Translations under genes and position numbers: made by a program | IMG/VR virus record: IMGVR_UViG_3300022935_000005 | Span: 62,001 to 126,000 of that record | Reading direction: 5' to 3' (one strand) | DNA: 64,000 bases | In this document: positions 19,624 to 28,735 of the stretch, piece after piece | Numbering within the stretch: position 1 is the first letter of the stretch | How the letters are laid out: every line of letters begins with the position of its first letter | Notes under the pieces: generated by a model | The model's database searches: none | What the model was told of the DNA's origin: nothing | The model's input: the letters and a program-made list of their open reading frames with translations, nothing else

Positions 19624-21030
19624 ATGTCTAGTACACAAATTAGATTACAACAACTTACCGGTTCACTTGCTTCTATTAAGTCCGGAGTGACCGGTGTTTC
19701 TACACAGGGTGCAGCAGCAGCATTCAATGCTGATGACCTTGAGGGTATCCTGAAGTACTACGCTCAGGCTCTTACCAACCTTCACGGTGCCGCTGAGTTC
19801 GGTAACCAGACAATCGGTAAGATTGCTCACGCTACCAACGACATCGTTCTTGAGTCACAAGGTAGCAGCCAGAAGATCTACCTTGACTCAAACTACCAAG
19901 TTCACCTTGCTGCTGCAGGTAGTGCTTCTGATTCGATGAAGATTGATTCTGAGCAGGGTGGTGTTGATATTGACGCCCTCTTGGGTGTTAACATTACTGC
20001 TGATTCTGTAGACTCCGACGCTATCCGTCTCAACGCCACTGCTGGTGGTATTGATATAGATTCTGCTGGAACCTTCTCACTCGTTTCTGCTAACACAACT
20101 GGTGGTAGCTCATCCGTCATCGACGGTGGTGCTTGGCTTGACCTTGAAGCTGATTACTCTGGTGGTGGTCGCATTAACATTGCTGCTAAGCAGTCGGGTG
20201 CTAGTGTTCACCTTAGCGTTAACTCACAAACCCACGCTCAATTCGACGAGAGCTTCTCGACCTTCGCTGTGGTTCCTGTAAAGGTCACAGACTCCTCAGC
20301 TGCTGCTGAATCCGATCAGGGTGCTCTTAGAGTTTCTGGCGGTGCTGGTATCGCCGGTGACCTCCACGTTGGATCAAGCCTCGTTGTTACCGGTTCAGCT
20401 ATGGAGATGGTCAACAGCGCTGCACAACTTCAGTTCGCTGAGGACATCGCGAGAGTCAAGATTGACGGTACCACAATGATTGTAGAGTCTGATGCGGCTC
20501 TCTTCTTGACTGGTACTGGTGGTGCTTCTGTTGTATCTGACCACGCTTCTATGGGTGTTGAGCTCAAGGCTACGCAGGCTGGCTTGTACCTCACCGGTGC
20601 ATCTGGTCTTCATGTCGAGACTGACAGCGGTGCTCACGGTGGTTACAACGGTGCTCTTGCGTTTGCAGCAGGAACCGACGGTGCTACTTTCGAGAGCAAC
20701 TTCCCTGGCTCGTCGCTCCTCGGCGCTATCAACGCTCTTAACGTTAGCTTGACAGGCACTCAGCCTACTCTCATGGAGAACAAGCTCAGTGCTGACGTTT
20801 CTGAGAGCGCTGGTTCTTGGCCAGTTGTCGTTGCTTACGTTGAGGGTGATAACACCACTCTTAGCGGTTGGAACTCGCTCAAGAAGAACGAGCTTGACGT
20901 TTACGTCAACGGTCAACTTCTGCGTTCTGGTTCTAGCGACGACTATGTTCTTAACACAACTACTGGTCAGATTGACTTCAAGTTCGCGATTCTCGCGGAC
21001 GACTTGGTTGTTGCAATCGAGCGTAAGTAA
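19624..21030 (+). CDS. Probably abundant virion structural protein (fibre/decoration-like)
   Basis: 468 aa with AAAGGA SD, its own promoter motif and terminator. Codon usage resembles the major capsid gene (GGT/GCT/CTT/AAC/TTC). C-terminal LDVYVNGQLL...DDY module. Confidence 0.65.
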   Translation: MSSTQIRLQQLTGSLASIKSGVTGVSTQGAAAAFNADDLEGILKYYAQALTNLHGAAEFGNQTIGKIAHATNDIVLESQGSSQKIYLDSNYQVHLAAAGSASDSMKIDSEQGGVDIDALLGVNITADSVDSDAIRLNATAGGIDIDSAGTFSLVSANTTGGSSSVIDGGAWLDLEADYSGGGRINIAAKQSGASVHLSVNSQTHAQFDESFSTFAVVPVKVTDSSAAAESDQGALRVSGGAGIAGDLHVGSSLVVTGSAMEMVNSAAQLQFAEDIARVKIDGTTMIVESDAALFLTGTGGASVVSDHASMGVELKATQAGLYLTGASGLHVETDSGAHGGYNGALAFAAGTDGATFESNFPGSSLLGAINALNVSLTGTQPTLMENKLSADVSESAGSWPVVVAYVEGDNTTLSGWNSLKKNELDVYVNGQLLRSGSSDDYVLNTTTGQIDFKFAILADDLVVAIERK

Positions 21031-21066
21031 TAGCTTACAGCTAGTTAGTTAAAAACTTCGGTTTTT

Positions 21067-21100
21067 CGGGTGGGAGCTTGTCTCCCACCCGTTTTTTTTT
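21067..21100 (+). terminator. Intrinsic terminator
   Basis: CGGGTGGGAG-CTTGT-CTCCCACCCG followed by T9. Confidence 0.92.
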
Positions 21101-21153
21101 GCTTTTTATACTGTTCTAAAAGATAGTTATAATTCAACGTGTAATCTATCTAG

Positions 21154-21684
21154 ATGGAGTTATGTATGGATTTTACAGATGTGATTGATGAAAAGTTGGC
21201 GACTTTAAGAGCTAGTCGGGAGACACTGGAAAAAAATGCTTCTGATTTTATGTTCCACGTACACCGAGTTAACGAGCAACTGTTAGGCGCTATAGAACAG
21301 ATTAATGACCTTGAAGACGATCCAGCGCTGATTAAAGCTGAGTTTGCGTCAGTGATGAAGCAGGTTGCTCCCGTCCTTGTGAGTTCTTGGAACACTGCTC
21401 ACGGTGATCTCGGCGCTCTTGATCAAGAAATAAAACGTTTCGAAGAAATGAGGTCTATGTATGTAGATTGGTCGTTACAAACAGCAGAGCCTGAACAAGA
21501 GAGCGACCTTCTTCCGCAATCTGATATCGTGCAATATGAACCTGATATCGTACAAGGTGTTCTTGACGGAACAATTCCTGAGCCAAGTAAAAACTCCGCG
21601 ATCCGGAGAAAGCCAGGAACACGTCCACCCCTAACCCTCAAGCAATATAGGCAAATACAGGGTGGTGAAGATTCTAGTGAGTAA
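21154..21684 (+). CDS. Hypothetical coiled-coil protein
   Basis: 176-aa ORF, helical N-terminus. ATAGTTA motif upstream at 21123; the start may be a downstream ATG after GGAG. Confidence 0.6.
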   Translation: MELCMDFTDVIDEKLATLRASRETLEKNASDFMFHVHRVNEQLLGAIEQINDLEDDPALIKAEFASVMKQVAPVLVSSWNTAHGDLGALDQEIKRFEEMRSMYVDWSLQTAEPEQESDLLPQSDIVQYEPDIVQGVLDGTIPEPSKNSAIRRKPGTRPPLTLKQYRQIQGGEDSSE

Positions 21685-21690
21685 TACTTA
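21684..21690 (+). promoter_or_regulatory. Putative late promoter ATACTTA
   Basis: Ends 5 nt before ATG 21696. Confidence 0.5.
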
Positions 21691-21695
21691 AGGGT

Positions 21696-22634
21696 ATGGC
21701 TGGAATACTAGACAAAAAGACAAGGTTTGTTGATACGTTCTTAACTGATCGTGGCAGGCAAGAGCTAGCGAAAGGTGAGCTTCGTTTTTCGTTTGCTACT
21801 TTCTCTGACTATGGCACGTTTTATGATACAGACATATCCAACCCCAGGGTTGCTAGCGAGGTAACTTCTAGAATTCAATTTGAAGCAGCAAACCGCCACC
21901 AAGACTTGGTGATACCTGAGTATGATGCGGACGGAGGAATGTTATATCCGACTGACGGATTTGACTTGGTCAATGGTCAATTATCTATATTAACTGGATC
22001 TGATACGCTTCTAAAGGGATCATCGCTAGTCGCTTCTGCGTCTGTTGCTATATCTGATTCGATGCAATCTTTTAGTGACATTCGCCCATTACGCTCTGAA
22101 GAAGCTATACAGAGAACAACTGGATTTGAGCTAAGTCTTGAATCTAACGTCTTTGAGGTAAATTCTACGTTTCCCTTGTCTCAAGCTGCACCAAAAGAAA
22201 TCTTGCTTGAGAACGCTGAAAGTCTGTGGCAGGATAAGAAACTGACTCATGTTAGAAACTTTCAATTCTTGCCACCTGTGAATAAAGTGTCTGGGAAGGT
22301 ACTTAAAGACTTTCCGAGACTACAGCAGCCAGCTCCGCTTTCTTATGAAGATCTTAGAATAGAGCTTGAAGGGCTTAGTAGCAATGAGTGGTCAGGTGTT
22401 GGTCCCCCTGCTGAAGTTGTTTTTGAAAACACAAGCCCTCAAAATAATTTAGTTTGCCAAGTATGGGAAATAACGAGTTCTAGCGTGGAAAAGCTTCGAA
22501 TGATAGATTTTGGTGAATTTGCCGATGCCGACCCATTCTCTCCTGGAAAACATGTTTTCTTCGTCGGCAAGCTGATGGATGATTCCACTGGCGATAAGAC
22601 TTTCTTAAACCTATTTACGGTGGTGTTTGATTAA
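21696..22634 (+). CDS. Virion structural protein (paralog of 30591..31298)
   Basis: N-terminus GILDKKTRFVDTFLTDRGRQELAKG...F.D is similar to GFLDNSTNNIIVDAVLTDYGRELLAR...FGDD. Confidence 0.6.
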   Translation: MAGILDKKTRFVDTFLTDRGRQELAKGELRFSFATFSDYGTFYDTDISNPRVASEVTSRIQFEAANRHQDLVIPEYDADGGMLYPTDGFDLVNGQLSILTGSDTLLKGSSLVASASVAISDSMQSFSDIRPLRSEEAIQRTTGFELSLESNVFEVNSTFPLSQAAPKEILLENAESLWQDKKLTHVRNFQFLPPVNKVSGKVLKDFPRLQQPAPLSYEDLRIELEGLSSNEWSGVGPPAEVVFENTSPQNNLVCQVWEITSSSVEKLRMIDFGEFADADPFSPGKHVFFVGKLMDDSTGDKTFLNLFTVVFD

Positions 22635-25171
22635 TGTTACTAAGAGCCCCAGTTCTAGAAGAGGATATTATCACTCTGCCTTCTCATCCTGCTGAGATCA
22701 GAAATATCATATTTCGTGAAGATTCTGATATCATTTTTTATCGTGTGACTGTAATGCTTGACGTAGACGCCGTCATACAGAATGATTCTTATAACCTTAA
22801 TGCATTTGTGTATAAGAAAAAGCCTGATGAGAATCTTGCTGAAAGAAAAGTTACTTCTCCACGCCGCTGGAAAAGAAAGACTAAAAGGTTAGAGAAAAAA
22901 GTTCGCCGCAATGCAAAAAAACGCCGTGAGCAAATCATAGCCAGAACCCGTGTTGATGTGTCAAAATACATCAGCAATGACCTCGCAAACGCAAAACTAG
23001 CAAGCTTGACCAGGCAACAGCTAAATAGCATTTCTGCTTTATCAACTGTGGTGAAACCACTAGATCCATTTACGCAAAACGTCAAGGCTTCTATCGTCAC
23101 ATCGACTCCTGGCATTAACCCATTTAAGAAGAAGGCTTCTAAGAGTGCTAAAAAAAGTAATTTAAGCACAACAGTGAATCAAACACCAAACGCTAAAGTA
23201 CCAAGCTCCCCCAAATTTTCAAAAAGCATTTTAAAGTCAAAAAAAGATCCTGCGTCTATAAATTCGTCGTCTTTAGTTTCTCTTAAGACTCTGTCTAAGC
23301 CGTTACAATCGCTAGCTTCAAGTTTTGTCTTTACACCACCAACAGCTCTTCAAGCTCTTCCTATTGTTCGTGTTTCTCCACGACAGAAAAAAGTAGATTT
23401 TGTTTTAAGGATCTCGAGAAATAGACTTGTAGATGCTTCATCATTCTTCTTGAAGCTTGAACTTGAGAATAAAAAAGGAATCAAAGTAGATGAAGCGTCA
23501 TGTGTTATTCCCCATGCAAGGATACTGAATACGTTTATTACTCCCAATGCTGCTCCTAAGCTTGAGGCCGAATATATCAAACCTGGCGCAATTTCTGTGA
23601 GAATCACCCCGCCCCGTGATAGGATGGCCAAAACCCTGAAAGTATTTCGACGACTTACTGCGCCTGTAGAGGGAGGTACTGATTCTGGATCTGCGTGGAG
23701 TATTGTTTATAATTCTTCTATAGAGGGTAGCGCTGAGGTAGCTTTTAAGGATGAGATAAGTACCTCCAGGCCAGTGCTCTATAGAGCTGTAGCATACGGA
23801 GAAAATTCTAAGCCTTCCGAGAAGTTCGCCTCTACAGTCGTTTTGCCTTTAAAACAGTTTGCAGTAAAGCAGACGGGAGCTTTGACAGCTGTTCCACGAA
23901 TGACGACCAGCGGCTCAAACACATTCGTCAAAGTCATGGTAAAAGATATACCAGATGACGTTGTTACAGTGATGTTGAGAAGGTACGATTTGACGACCGC
24001 ATCTGACGCTAAGAGAAAGGCATCAACCGGCTCCGGATTTGTATACGTCGGAAGTACACCAGATCTACAAACACTTGGTGTTGAACAGCTCGGTCCAAAT
24101 TCGTCTGTGTCTTTCACAGATTTGGCAACCAAAACAGGAAGAACCTACAGCTTCGTACCTGTAGGTGTAACCAAGGCAGGTCGTGAAATCGTGGGTTCTT
24201 CTGCAATTCTTGAGATCCCTATCTCTCCCTCAAGAGAAAAAGTCAGAATGTCTGTCACTGCTCCAAAGATAGTGTCCGCCGAACCGGCTTCTGCCGAGCT
24301 GTCATTCGAGCTGTCTGCCACATTCACTGAATTCGGCTTCTCTGAAGTCAGAAATACGCTGGAGTCAGGAGGTCAGAAATCGTTATTCGATAATAATTTG
24401 ATCCAAGATCGTGATAAGTTCGAGTCGTTAATAAGTTTCTTAGTCGAACGCCGAAATTCTAAGACAGGAGAGGAAGAGAGCTTTGGCGTAGTCCAAGCTG
24501 GTGAGTTTTTCGATAATCCTGAAAAAAGAGAAGAAAAAAATGTGAAGCCACCAGAGCCTGGAACAGAATACACGTACATTTTTACGGCTCTTATTGCCTC
24601 TGCCGAGTCTTTGTTTCCGACTCTGACAAGAAGTGATGTTGATATAAGGACGCTACAATCCTTTTCAAGGAAGGTTTCAAAGTTCCAGAACCCGCTATCG
24701 TTAAGTAGAGCTACACTACAGTCCACACAGCGGCAGCAGGACAAGACACGGCCTTCTCGTCTTGAACCGTCCGACCCAGTGGTCGCTGGTCGTACAGATG
24801 TCCAAGTGGTTCATGAAATAAGATTTCCGCTGTCTTCTAGAGACGACAATACACTTAGGATAGAAAACTACAAGAGCTTTAATCGTTTAGTCTGGAAAAC
24901 GTCTCAAGCAAACACGATCGACCATTTCAAGATATACGTTATCTCTTCCGGTGGTAGAGTATTAATAGATACTGTACATTGTGATGATTCAACTTCTGAG
25001 TTTTATTATAGACATTACAGCAAAGATTATGCCGTGAACTATAAATACGTAATACAACCAATAAACTTGGCCTATGAAGAGCTCTCTCCTATCTATAGTC
25101 GATCAATCAAAGCTTTTAGCGCCTTGAAGACCTTGTCATTGTCGAGCTTCACTAAGATTAAGAGGCTGTAA
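22634..25171 (+). CDS. Hypothetical structural protein with FN3/Ig-like beta domains
   Basis: 845 aa. FN3-like motifs (VFRR...F.D...LYRAVAY; F.D...GRTYSF; GTEYTYIF). Translationally coupled. Confidence 0.5.
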   Translation: MLLRAPVLEEDIITLPSHPAEIRNIIFREDSDIIFYRVTVMLDVDAVIQNDSYNLNAFVYKKKPDENLAERKVTSPRRWKRKTKRLEKKVRRNAKKRREQIIARTRVDVSKYISNDLANAKLASLTRQQLNSISALSTVVKPLDPFTQNVKASIVTSTPGINPFKKKASKSAKKSNLSTTVNQTPNAKVPSSPKFSKSILKSKKDPASINSSSLVSLKTLSKPLQSLASSFVFTPPTALQALPIVRVSPRQKKVDFVLRISRNRLVDASSFFLKLELENKKGIKVDEASCVIPHARILNTFITPNAAPKLEAEYIKPGAISVRITPPRDRMAKTLKVFRRLTAPVEGGTDSGSAWSIVYNSSIEGSAEVAFKDEISTSRPVLYRAVAYGENSKPSEKFASTVVLPLKQFAVKQTGALTAVPRMTTSGSNTFVKVMVKDIPDDVVTVMLRRYDLTTASDAKRKASTGSGFVYVGSTPDLQTLGVEQLGPNSSVSFTDLATKTGRTYSFVPVGVTKAGREIVGSSAILEIPISPSREKVRMSVTAPKIVSAEPASAELSFELSATFTEFGFSEVRNTLESGGQKSLFDNNLIQDRDKFESLISFLVERRNSKTGEEESFGVVQAGEFFDNPEKREEKNVKPPEPGTEYTYIFTALIASAESLFPTLTRSDVDIRTLQSFSRKVSKFQNPLSLSRATLQSTQRQQDKTRPSRLEPSDPVVAGRTDVQVVHEIRFPLSSRDDNTLRIENYKSFNRLVWKTSQANTIDHFKIYVISSGGRVLIDTVHCDDSTSEFYYRHYSKDYAVNYKYVIQPINLAYEELSPIYSRSIKAFSALKTLSLSSFTKIKRL

Positions 25172-28100
25172 TGTCTGATTTATTAAAAGATCTAAAAACT
25201 AAAGACAATCCTGCGAAAGGCTCTACTGCTCCTGTGACCTTAGAAGAGCTGTTGCTGAATGAAAATCAGGTCATTCAAGACGTAGCAGAAGTGTCGACAG
25301 AACAAGACCAAGAAGAGACTGTCGCTAAGTCACGCCGTGAACGCCGAAAGAAGCTTAAGACAAATCGGGTTGTTGATAGAGCAAAGTCCAGTCAAAGTTC
25401 TAGAGTACAAGATAGAGCTAACTTAAGAAGACAAGAGAAGAATGTCTCTAATCTTCTAGACAGACAGAAGGCTTCATCACCAAAGAAAGAGGTTCAAAAG
25501 CTAGAGTTCGTGGGTTCACCGAGAGGACAAATGAAGAAAGCTTTTAACACCACAAACAAAAGTGATGTTAAGATAGTACGACCCGTACTTCTTGGTGCTT
25601 TTGATTTTGAGCCTATCCGCGATGGCTCTGGATGGACTCCTGCTGGTAATCTTCTACGCCTTAAGAGGGCAGTCAGACAACTAAAGGTAGACAAACAGGT
25701 AAGCATCTCTATTAACGATACTAGTTTTTCTGAAGTCCCGTTAGTCGCCGCGCTAGAAGAATATTCCAAGTCAAGCGAGTTGTTTAGATCAAACTTAAAT
25801 CCGTCAAATATCTCTCTATATGAAGAAGCGCTAACTGCCTTTGGACTGACAGTAGAAGACGGTGCAAGCTATACCGAAATCTTGTACACACTGATGATAG
25901 AGTATAATAGGGCTTTAAAGGCAGGATCGGCTCGTCTAGATGAAAGTTCAGACCGTGCTATAGAGCAAGGAACATCGCTTGTTTCTTCTAAGGATGAAAA
26001 AATAGAATCGTATGTTGCCGCGCTTAAGGGTTCTGACAGTCAGTGTTATGATTTATTCGTGGATGCCGATGATGATGATATAGAAATATCTCTTAAGTGC
26101 ATGCTTTCTTTGTTATCGAAAGAGGCACTTCTTTCATATAACACTCTGAAATACAACAGTGACGATGCTACAACAAACAATATAGAAGTCACGAGCTTGT
26201 GGGCGAGAAATCTTCTAATGACAAAAGAAGATAAAAACGCTATCAAGAAACCTTCTCGTGTTACAGCGAACGGAAACTTTACACGAAAGACTGCACACGG
26301 AATATGCTTTTCTGGTAAAGACCCGGAAACGAATAGAAAGACGTACAATTATCCTTTTGAACCGTCTCAAATAATAACAGCAGATGGTACGAAAACACTC
26401 ACGAGTTTTGATTTCGCTGAAAGAGCCTCCAATACTTCTGGAGTGGTTTATTATGGTGTTAATGAGAACGGCGAAATAGCAGAATATGAAACCCCATATG
26501 AAGCCACGTCTGATGGCTTGAGCCGTGTGAGTTCACAAATCACTTCGCTGTTCGACACTTCCAGTATAGGAACCGGCGATTCTTATGCCGTTAGTTTCTT
26601 GACTGGTATCCTTGGTTGGATGAGTCTGTCTGCGGCCGTTGCTCCTAATTTTACGAAGTTCATGGTAGGTCTCCAAGCAATGGTTGAAGCAGCCGAAAGT
26701 AAAGACATACTTGATGAATTCATGATGTACTTGGCGTTTCGTCAGGAGAAAATTCAAGACTACGACGGTGTAGGTGATCCGTTACCGGGTCCAGCAACAG
26801 TGTTGCGTCGTTCAAAAAGGCTAAGAAAAAAGCTTGCAAGCGCCGGTTCCGGAAGGAAAAAAACTACATTAACGTCAAACCCAAGAAAAGTGTCTGTTTC
26901 CCCTCCACCTGGAGAGTCTTCCGGTACCAAGACGTTTGTATCACCAGAAAAAAGATCACAGATAACAACCCAAGACAGAGTTTCTAGCTCCGACTCCGGT
27001 ACCCTAGAGTCAATCTACGATCTGACGTTTGAGGAAGTAGCAGCTAGACTTGCTAAAAAACTTTCAAGAAGATTTTCCTATAACAGTGTAAGGTTTTCTG
27101 TTGATCCATCGAAGACGTTATCCATAGACGAAGATATTGTAAAGTCTGCTCTGACAGATTTGACGAATGCTATATTTGAGTCAATGATGAACTATAGCCA
27201 GATTGTAACGCAGGGTATGTCTAAGATAGATGACGAAGACCCGAAAGTCTTTGTGGAGTCTAAATCAATACTCAATAGGTACAACGAAAGCGCCTTTAGC
27301 GTCTTTTTCATCTCGATATGTTGTAAGCTTGCTAAGCTGATTGTTGGTCCTCGTGCCTCAATCACCACCGGGTCTTCGATGTATGCAAGAATCAAAGCTC
27401 CCGGGGTGAGTAAGTCCTCGACTTCTTCTGGTGAAAGAACTAAAGTGAAAGTATCATCTTCTTACTCTACCGACTTGAGAGAATTAAGCGAGTTTTTGAG
27501 CTCTGACGAGCGTGATACATCTGACATAATAGACACATATCCGACGTTGGCTTCGATTATATCATCGCTAGCCGAAGAAGAAGAGTTTTTGCGTACGTTT
27601 GCATCATCTTTAGCTACATTCTTTTCAAATGTAAATAATAGTTTTGGTTCATTGAGAGATGCTCTTAGCGCAGAGATAGACGGAAAGAAGTTATCAGAAT
27701 ATCTCGGTTCAGTGACTCCTTCTTCTGACCTCACCAAGCTTATGAAAACGTATCCCTATTTTCTGAACGCTAGTGACATGATGTATAATAACGTCAAAGT
27801 GAAAAATAAGACCACAAGTAAAGATGGTTTTCGCTCTTTATTATCTATAGAGCAAAAGAAACAAAGAGTCTTATGTATTGGTATACCTGCGGGTCTGATA
27901 GAAAAGACCAGATACGAGCCAGCTGAAATAGAAGATGTTTCATCATCTGCTGCTCAAAATGTAGATGACAGTGTCTTCTCTATTCTGATAGAGAAAGTCG
28001 ACCTGACAGATCCTGATATTAAATACAAGGATAAGGAGTTTGAGTTTTCAAGAAACTTATTCTGTATAGGAGCTGATCCTTACCTGGCGTTCCTGAATGT

Positions 28101-28734
28101 AGATAACAATTTCTCGTGCGCGAAAATTTGGAGATATCATGCACAAAGAATGTACGGTGATGATATCGTGAAAAATCATTTAACTGACTTTGCTCTTAAA
28201 CAGTACGCAGAACTACAACTTGACGCTAATTTTTTTGAGAGTTCTTTTACAGCTGGAGAGAGAAGTCAGAGTAATAAAATAGACGTGCCAGCGCTGAGAT
28301 ATGTTGATACCACAACAGTCGAGTTTTTGTCTGCTTCAAATCTTGCTTTCGATCCACTTTCAAGAAGTGTGTCAGATATGGCCTTTTATTCCGAAGGCTC
28401 AATAGACATTGATAAGGTGAGAATGGAAGACCATTATGAATACTCTGCTTTCGAGTTTTTGAATTCTTACGGTGTAAGATTTATTCCAGAGTTCGAGCAA
28501 ACCAGACTTAACAAGGGTGTACTGTTTGAGAAAGTTATCTGCGTTCCTATTGATGACTCTACCTTCGAACTAGACTTAGACGACGATGTCGATGATGAGC
28601 AATCATCTCAAGAATCCGCTGCAATACAAGCAAGGCTGACATCACAAGATGAGGTTGGGATAGGTCTAGAGACGTCTCAAGGCGTTGATATGTATACTTA
28701 CAGAGTGTCACTAAAAGTAGGAAGAGAGGTGTAG
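25171..28734 (+). CDS. Large hypothetical (probably virion) protein
   Basis: 1187-aa ORF, TAATG-coupled, within the structural operon. Confidence 0.55.
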   Translation: MSDLLKDLKTKDNPAKGSTAPVTLEELLLNENQVIQDVAEVSTEQDQEETVAKSRRERRKKLKTNRVVDRAKSSQSSRVQDRANLRRQEKNVSNLLDRQKASSPKKEVQKLEFVGSPRGQMKKAFNTTNKSDVKIVRPVLLGAFDFEPIRDGSGWTPAGNLLRLKRAVRQLKVDKQVSISINDTSFSEVPLVAALEEYSKSSELFRSNLNPSNISLYEEALTAFGLTVEDGASYTEILYTLMIEYNRALKAGSARLDESSDRAIEQGTSLVSSKDEKIESYVAALKGSDSQCYDLFVDADDDDIEISLKCMLSLLSKEALLSYNTLKYNSDDATTNNIEVTSLWARNLLMTKEDKNAIKKPSRVTANGNFTRKTAHGICFSGKDPETNRKTYNYPFEPSQIITADGTKTLTSFDFAERASNTSGVVYYGVNENGEIAEYETPYEATSDGLSRVSSQITSLFDTSSIGTGDSYAVSFLTGILGWMSLSAAVAPNFTKFMVGLQAMVEAAESKDILDEFMMYLAFRQEKIQDYDGVGDPLPGPATVLRRSKRLRKKLASAGSGRKKTTLTSNPRKVSVSPPPGESSGTKTFVSPEKRSQITTQDRVSSSDSGTLESIYDLTFEEVAARLAKKLSRRFSYNSVRFSVDPSKTLSIDEDIVKSALTDLTNAIFESMMNYSQIVTQGMSKIDDEDPKVFVESKSILNRYNESAFSVFFISICCKLAKLIVGPRASITTGSSMYARIKAPGVSKSSTSSGERTKVKVSSSYSTDLRELSEFLSSDERDTSDIIDTYPTLASIISSLAEEEEFLRTFASSLATFFSNVNNSFGSLRDALSAEIDGKKLSEYLGSVTPSSDLTKLMKTYPYFLNASDMMYNNVKVKNKTTSKDGFRSLLSIEQKKQRVLCIGIPAGLIEKTRYEPAEIEDVSSSAAQNVDDSVFSILIEKVDLTDPDIKYKDKEFEFSRNLFCIGADPYLAFLNVDNNFSCAKIWRYHAQRMYGDDIVKNHLTDFALKQYAELQLDANFFESSFTAGERSQSNKIDVPALRYVDTTTVEFLSASNLAFDPLSRSVSDMAFYSEGSIDIDKVRMEDHYEYSAFEFLNSYGVRFIPEFEQTRLNKGVLFEKVICVPIDDSTFELDLDDDVDDEQSSQESAAIQARLTSQDEVGIGLETSQGVDMYTYRVSLKVGREV

Positions 28735-28735
28735 T

